Source: Candidatus Helarchaeota archaeon
GTDB taxonomy: Archaea > Asgardarchaeota > Lokiarchaeia > Helarchaeales > RDOG01
DNA: 64,000 nt
NCBI GenBank assembly: GCA_019058315.1
Contig: JAHPZH010000002.1
Span: 973,910 to 1,037,909 of the forward strand
Reading direction: 5' to 3'
Within the stretch, counting starts at the first letter, position 1; each line of letters opens with the position of its first letter. Below, piece by piece: positions 58,901 through 61,900 of this stretch. The notes under the pieces are model-generated. The model was not told where the DNA came from, searched no databases, and worked only from the letters and a program-made list of their open reading frames with translations. The position numbers were made by a program, and so were the translations under genes.

Positions 58901-61900
58901 TCAGGACCTTCGAAATCATGCTTTATATTATTACGGGCCTTAATTTTATTACTTTCTTCATAACATTCATATTTTGGTGTTGTGGATTCATAATAATTTG
59001 ATTCAATTTTTAATTTATCAATTAAAATTTCAAGTGTTAAACCATTTGTTAATTTTGTAAATAGGATAATTTTAACACGAATTATTCCATTCTTTATAAA
59101 TGCTAGATTTATCTCTTCTGATAAGTCATTTGGGACAGTAGTGATATCCTTTGGAATAATTGTTGTCAAGTTAGTCCAAGAATTGAATTTCCAATTGTAC
59201 ACCATTATATAAAATGAAGTTTGATCTTCCGCATCACGGTTTGTTCCAATTTTATATTCTAGAGAAGTATCAATTATATCTTTATCTAATTTTTCTAAAT
59301 TAAATTCAAAACCAACTTGGGACATGTAAGCAGTTTCATCTCTTAATTTCAAATAATCCGTATCTAATTTATTAGAAATTTTATAATATTCGCTATCTGA
59401 ATTGTCAAGATCATTAAGATCATTATTAGGATCATCTTGACCAAATAAGATTAAAGATGATTCAGGAATTTTGTCTATATACAATTGATCCCAACCAACT
59501 CTATTAATATTAAATATTGAATTATAATTTTCTGTTAAACTCAATATTTCTTCTACTATTTTACTTGGTCCTACAGGGGTTGGGATATACGATTCTAATT
59601 GATACTGTTTAAGATAGTTTTGGTAAGATTGATAAAATATTTCACTGTATGGAACAACTTTATTTTTATAAAATACAAATTCAAGTGGTCTTGTATAAAC
59701 ACTCACGTATTGATTACCTAATATATTAACCCAAGTCTTAAAAGTTGTATGTTTCTGTCGATCATCATTAATATTTAAAAACGTGTATGGTAGAATACCA
59801 TTTAAATTTATAAAAATACCTGAATGAGATGTGAAAATCTCTTGTAGTTCCAAATAATTGACTATGCGAGTATTTAAATAACCTTCTAAATATAAATTTT
59901 CTAATAACATGTAGGCAGTCGTTAGAGCTACATCTAGTGAAGTTCCCATAAATGGTAAATCTGGATCCGCAAATATGTAAATTGGAACTAATTTATTATC
60001 AGAGGGATCGTATATAATCGAAGAATAAGTTTTTGCTGCGGGAAATTCTTTATACTTTTCTATTATGACATTATTTTGTGTTAGATTCAACTCATTTGTA
60101 ATTACTCCTATTATATAAATTTCTTTAAATTCTGTCTCAACTTTTTTCTGAGGGTTCATAGAAATGAAATGATCTACATGGATTTTTGCTTGACCCAAGA
60201 TGAATTGTTCAACATTATTTTCATTTAATCCAGCCCATATTATTAAGTCGCTCGTTCTGTATACTGCTCTAATTGAACTACCTAAACTTAGAAGGTTTGG
60301 CTCAATAAAGATGACTTTTTGTTCAAATAGATCGATATCGTAATGAACATTTAATTCTAATATGGTCGACACTCCGTCTTTTTCCATAATAATAGAATCC
60401 CCTTCAGTAGTATCCCATTCATAAGGTATCTGGGCTAGTTGTAGATCAGTCTCTAAATTATAATTGTAAGTTAGTATTTCATTTTGTGTTAATAATTGCC
60501 CCTCTACTATTTGTTTTCCTTCTTCATTATCAAAAAAGTAGGAGATAAATTCATCTACATTATTTTCAAAATTACCATCTGTATCTTTGGCAATTTTTAT
60601 ACTATCTGGTATATTATTCTGATTATAATCTGAAATAATGCATCCTTTTGTTACAGTAGCAAATGCAATCGTACCTGATAAATCCTCCACATTTTCCTCT
60701 AATAACGACAAATAAAGTATATCCACATCTTTCACGAACACTGTAGAGTCTTCATAGTGGATTTCAACATATTGCTGATTAACGCCAGCTTCATTATCAT
60801 TAATTGCTGGGATCATTATAAACGAGTCTCTGGGGACTCTGTCAAATATAATTTCTATTGTATCTCCTTTTTCAACAAAAATATCAAATTTTGCCAAACC
60901 TTGTTCATCTCTTGATATATAACCATTATAATGGTCAGTGTTATTATATATCATACTTGAAAAGTCGAATTCGCCGTATCCTATCTCGTCAGTTCTTAAA
61001 TTTCTAATAGAAAATCCCATTTTCGCTGTCGAGGAATAATATGTCCCATTTTGAACTAAGAAAACTCCTCTTATTCCAGCATAATCTCCACTCTCGTCTA
61101 CCTGGGTTCTAACAACCACGTTATGTCTAGATAGGTCATACCAAGTCGATACATAACCATATGCTTCGCTTAAGGGGTGAATGGGATTACTATCACTATC
61201 TTTATATGCACCAAATTCTAAGCCCCAGTTCTTTATTTCATCGAAAGGCCAAGTTTCCATGATTTCGAACTCAGGTATCAATGATATTAGTCCTGAAATC
61301 CCTAAAGTCCTCAGTGCAGTATTTCTGAGAGAAGTTTCAAGAGAGGAATCCAATTCTATTTCATCCATTACAAAATCATTAAAGATAGCATCAGATATCC
61401 ATCGATTTTCATATATTGTGGAAGCATAATCAAGATAATTTAGATATTCTACTTCTATAGGTATTTCTGGTAAAATTGGTTCTTCAATAGTTCCCAAATC
61501 AATCAAATCCATTAAACCTGAGACGAATTGAACAAATACTTCAAAAATATCTCTATCATAATCAGTAAAAATTGGATTTCCTGGATCTTGCAAGCCAAAT
61601 TTTAAAAGATAGTTACTCAGGTCAGAAGATCCTAATAATAGTAATTGTAAGATTGATATCCCTAGATTATAATCTAGACCATTTCGAACCTCTTGTAATA
61701 ATCTGTAGTTCATTTGCCTCAATATTTCAGCAAAAACTTTTAGAAATTGTTTTTTAGTTAAATTTGGATCTTTCAAAATATCTTCTACTGGCTTAAGAAC
61801 TTCTAAAATTAATGGATCTTGGGTAGATTTTGTGGTGGGGACAGAGGATGGAACTTCTCTGCCTTGACTCATCATCATTATAGCTCCTTTCATAAATTCA

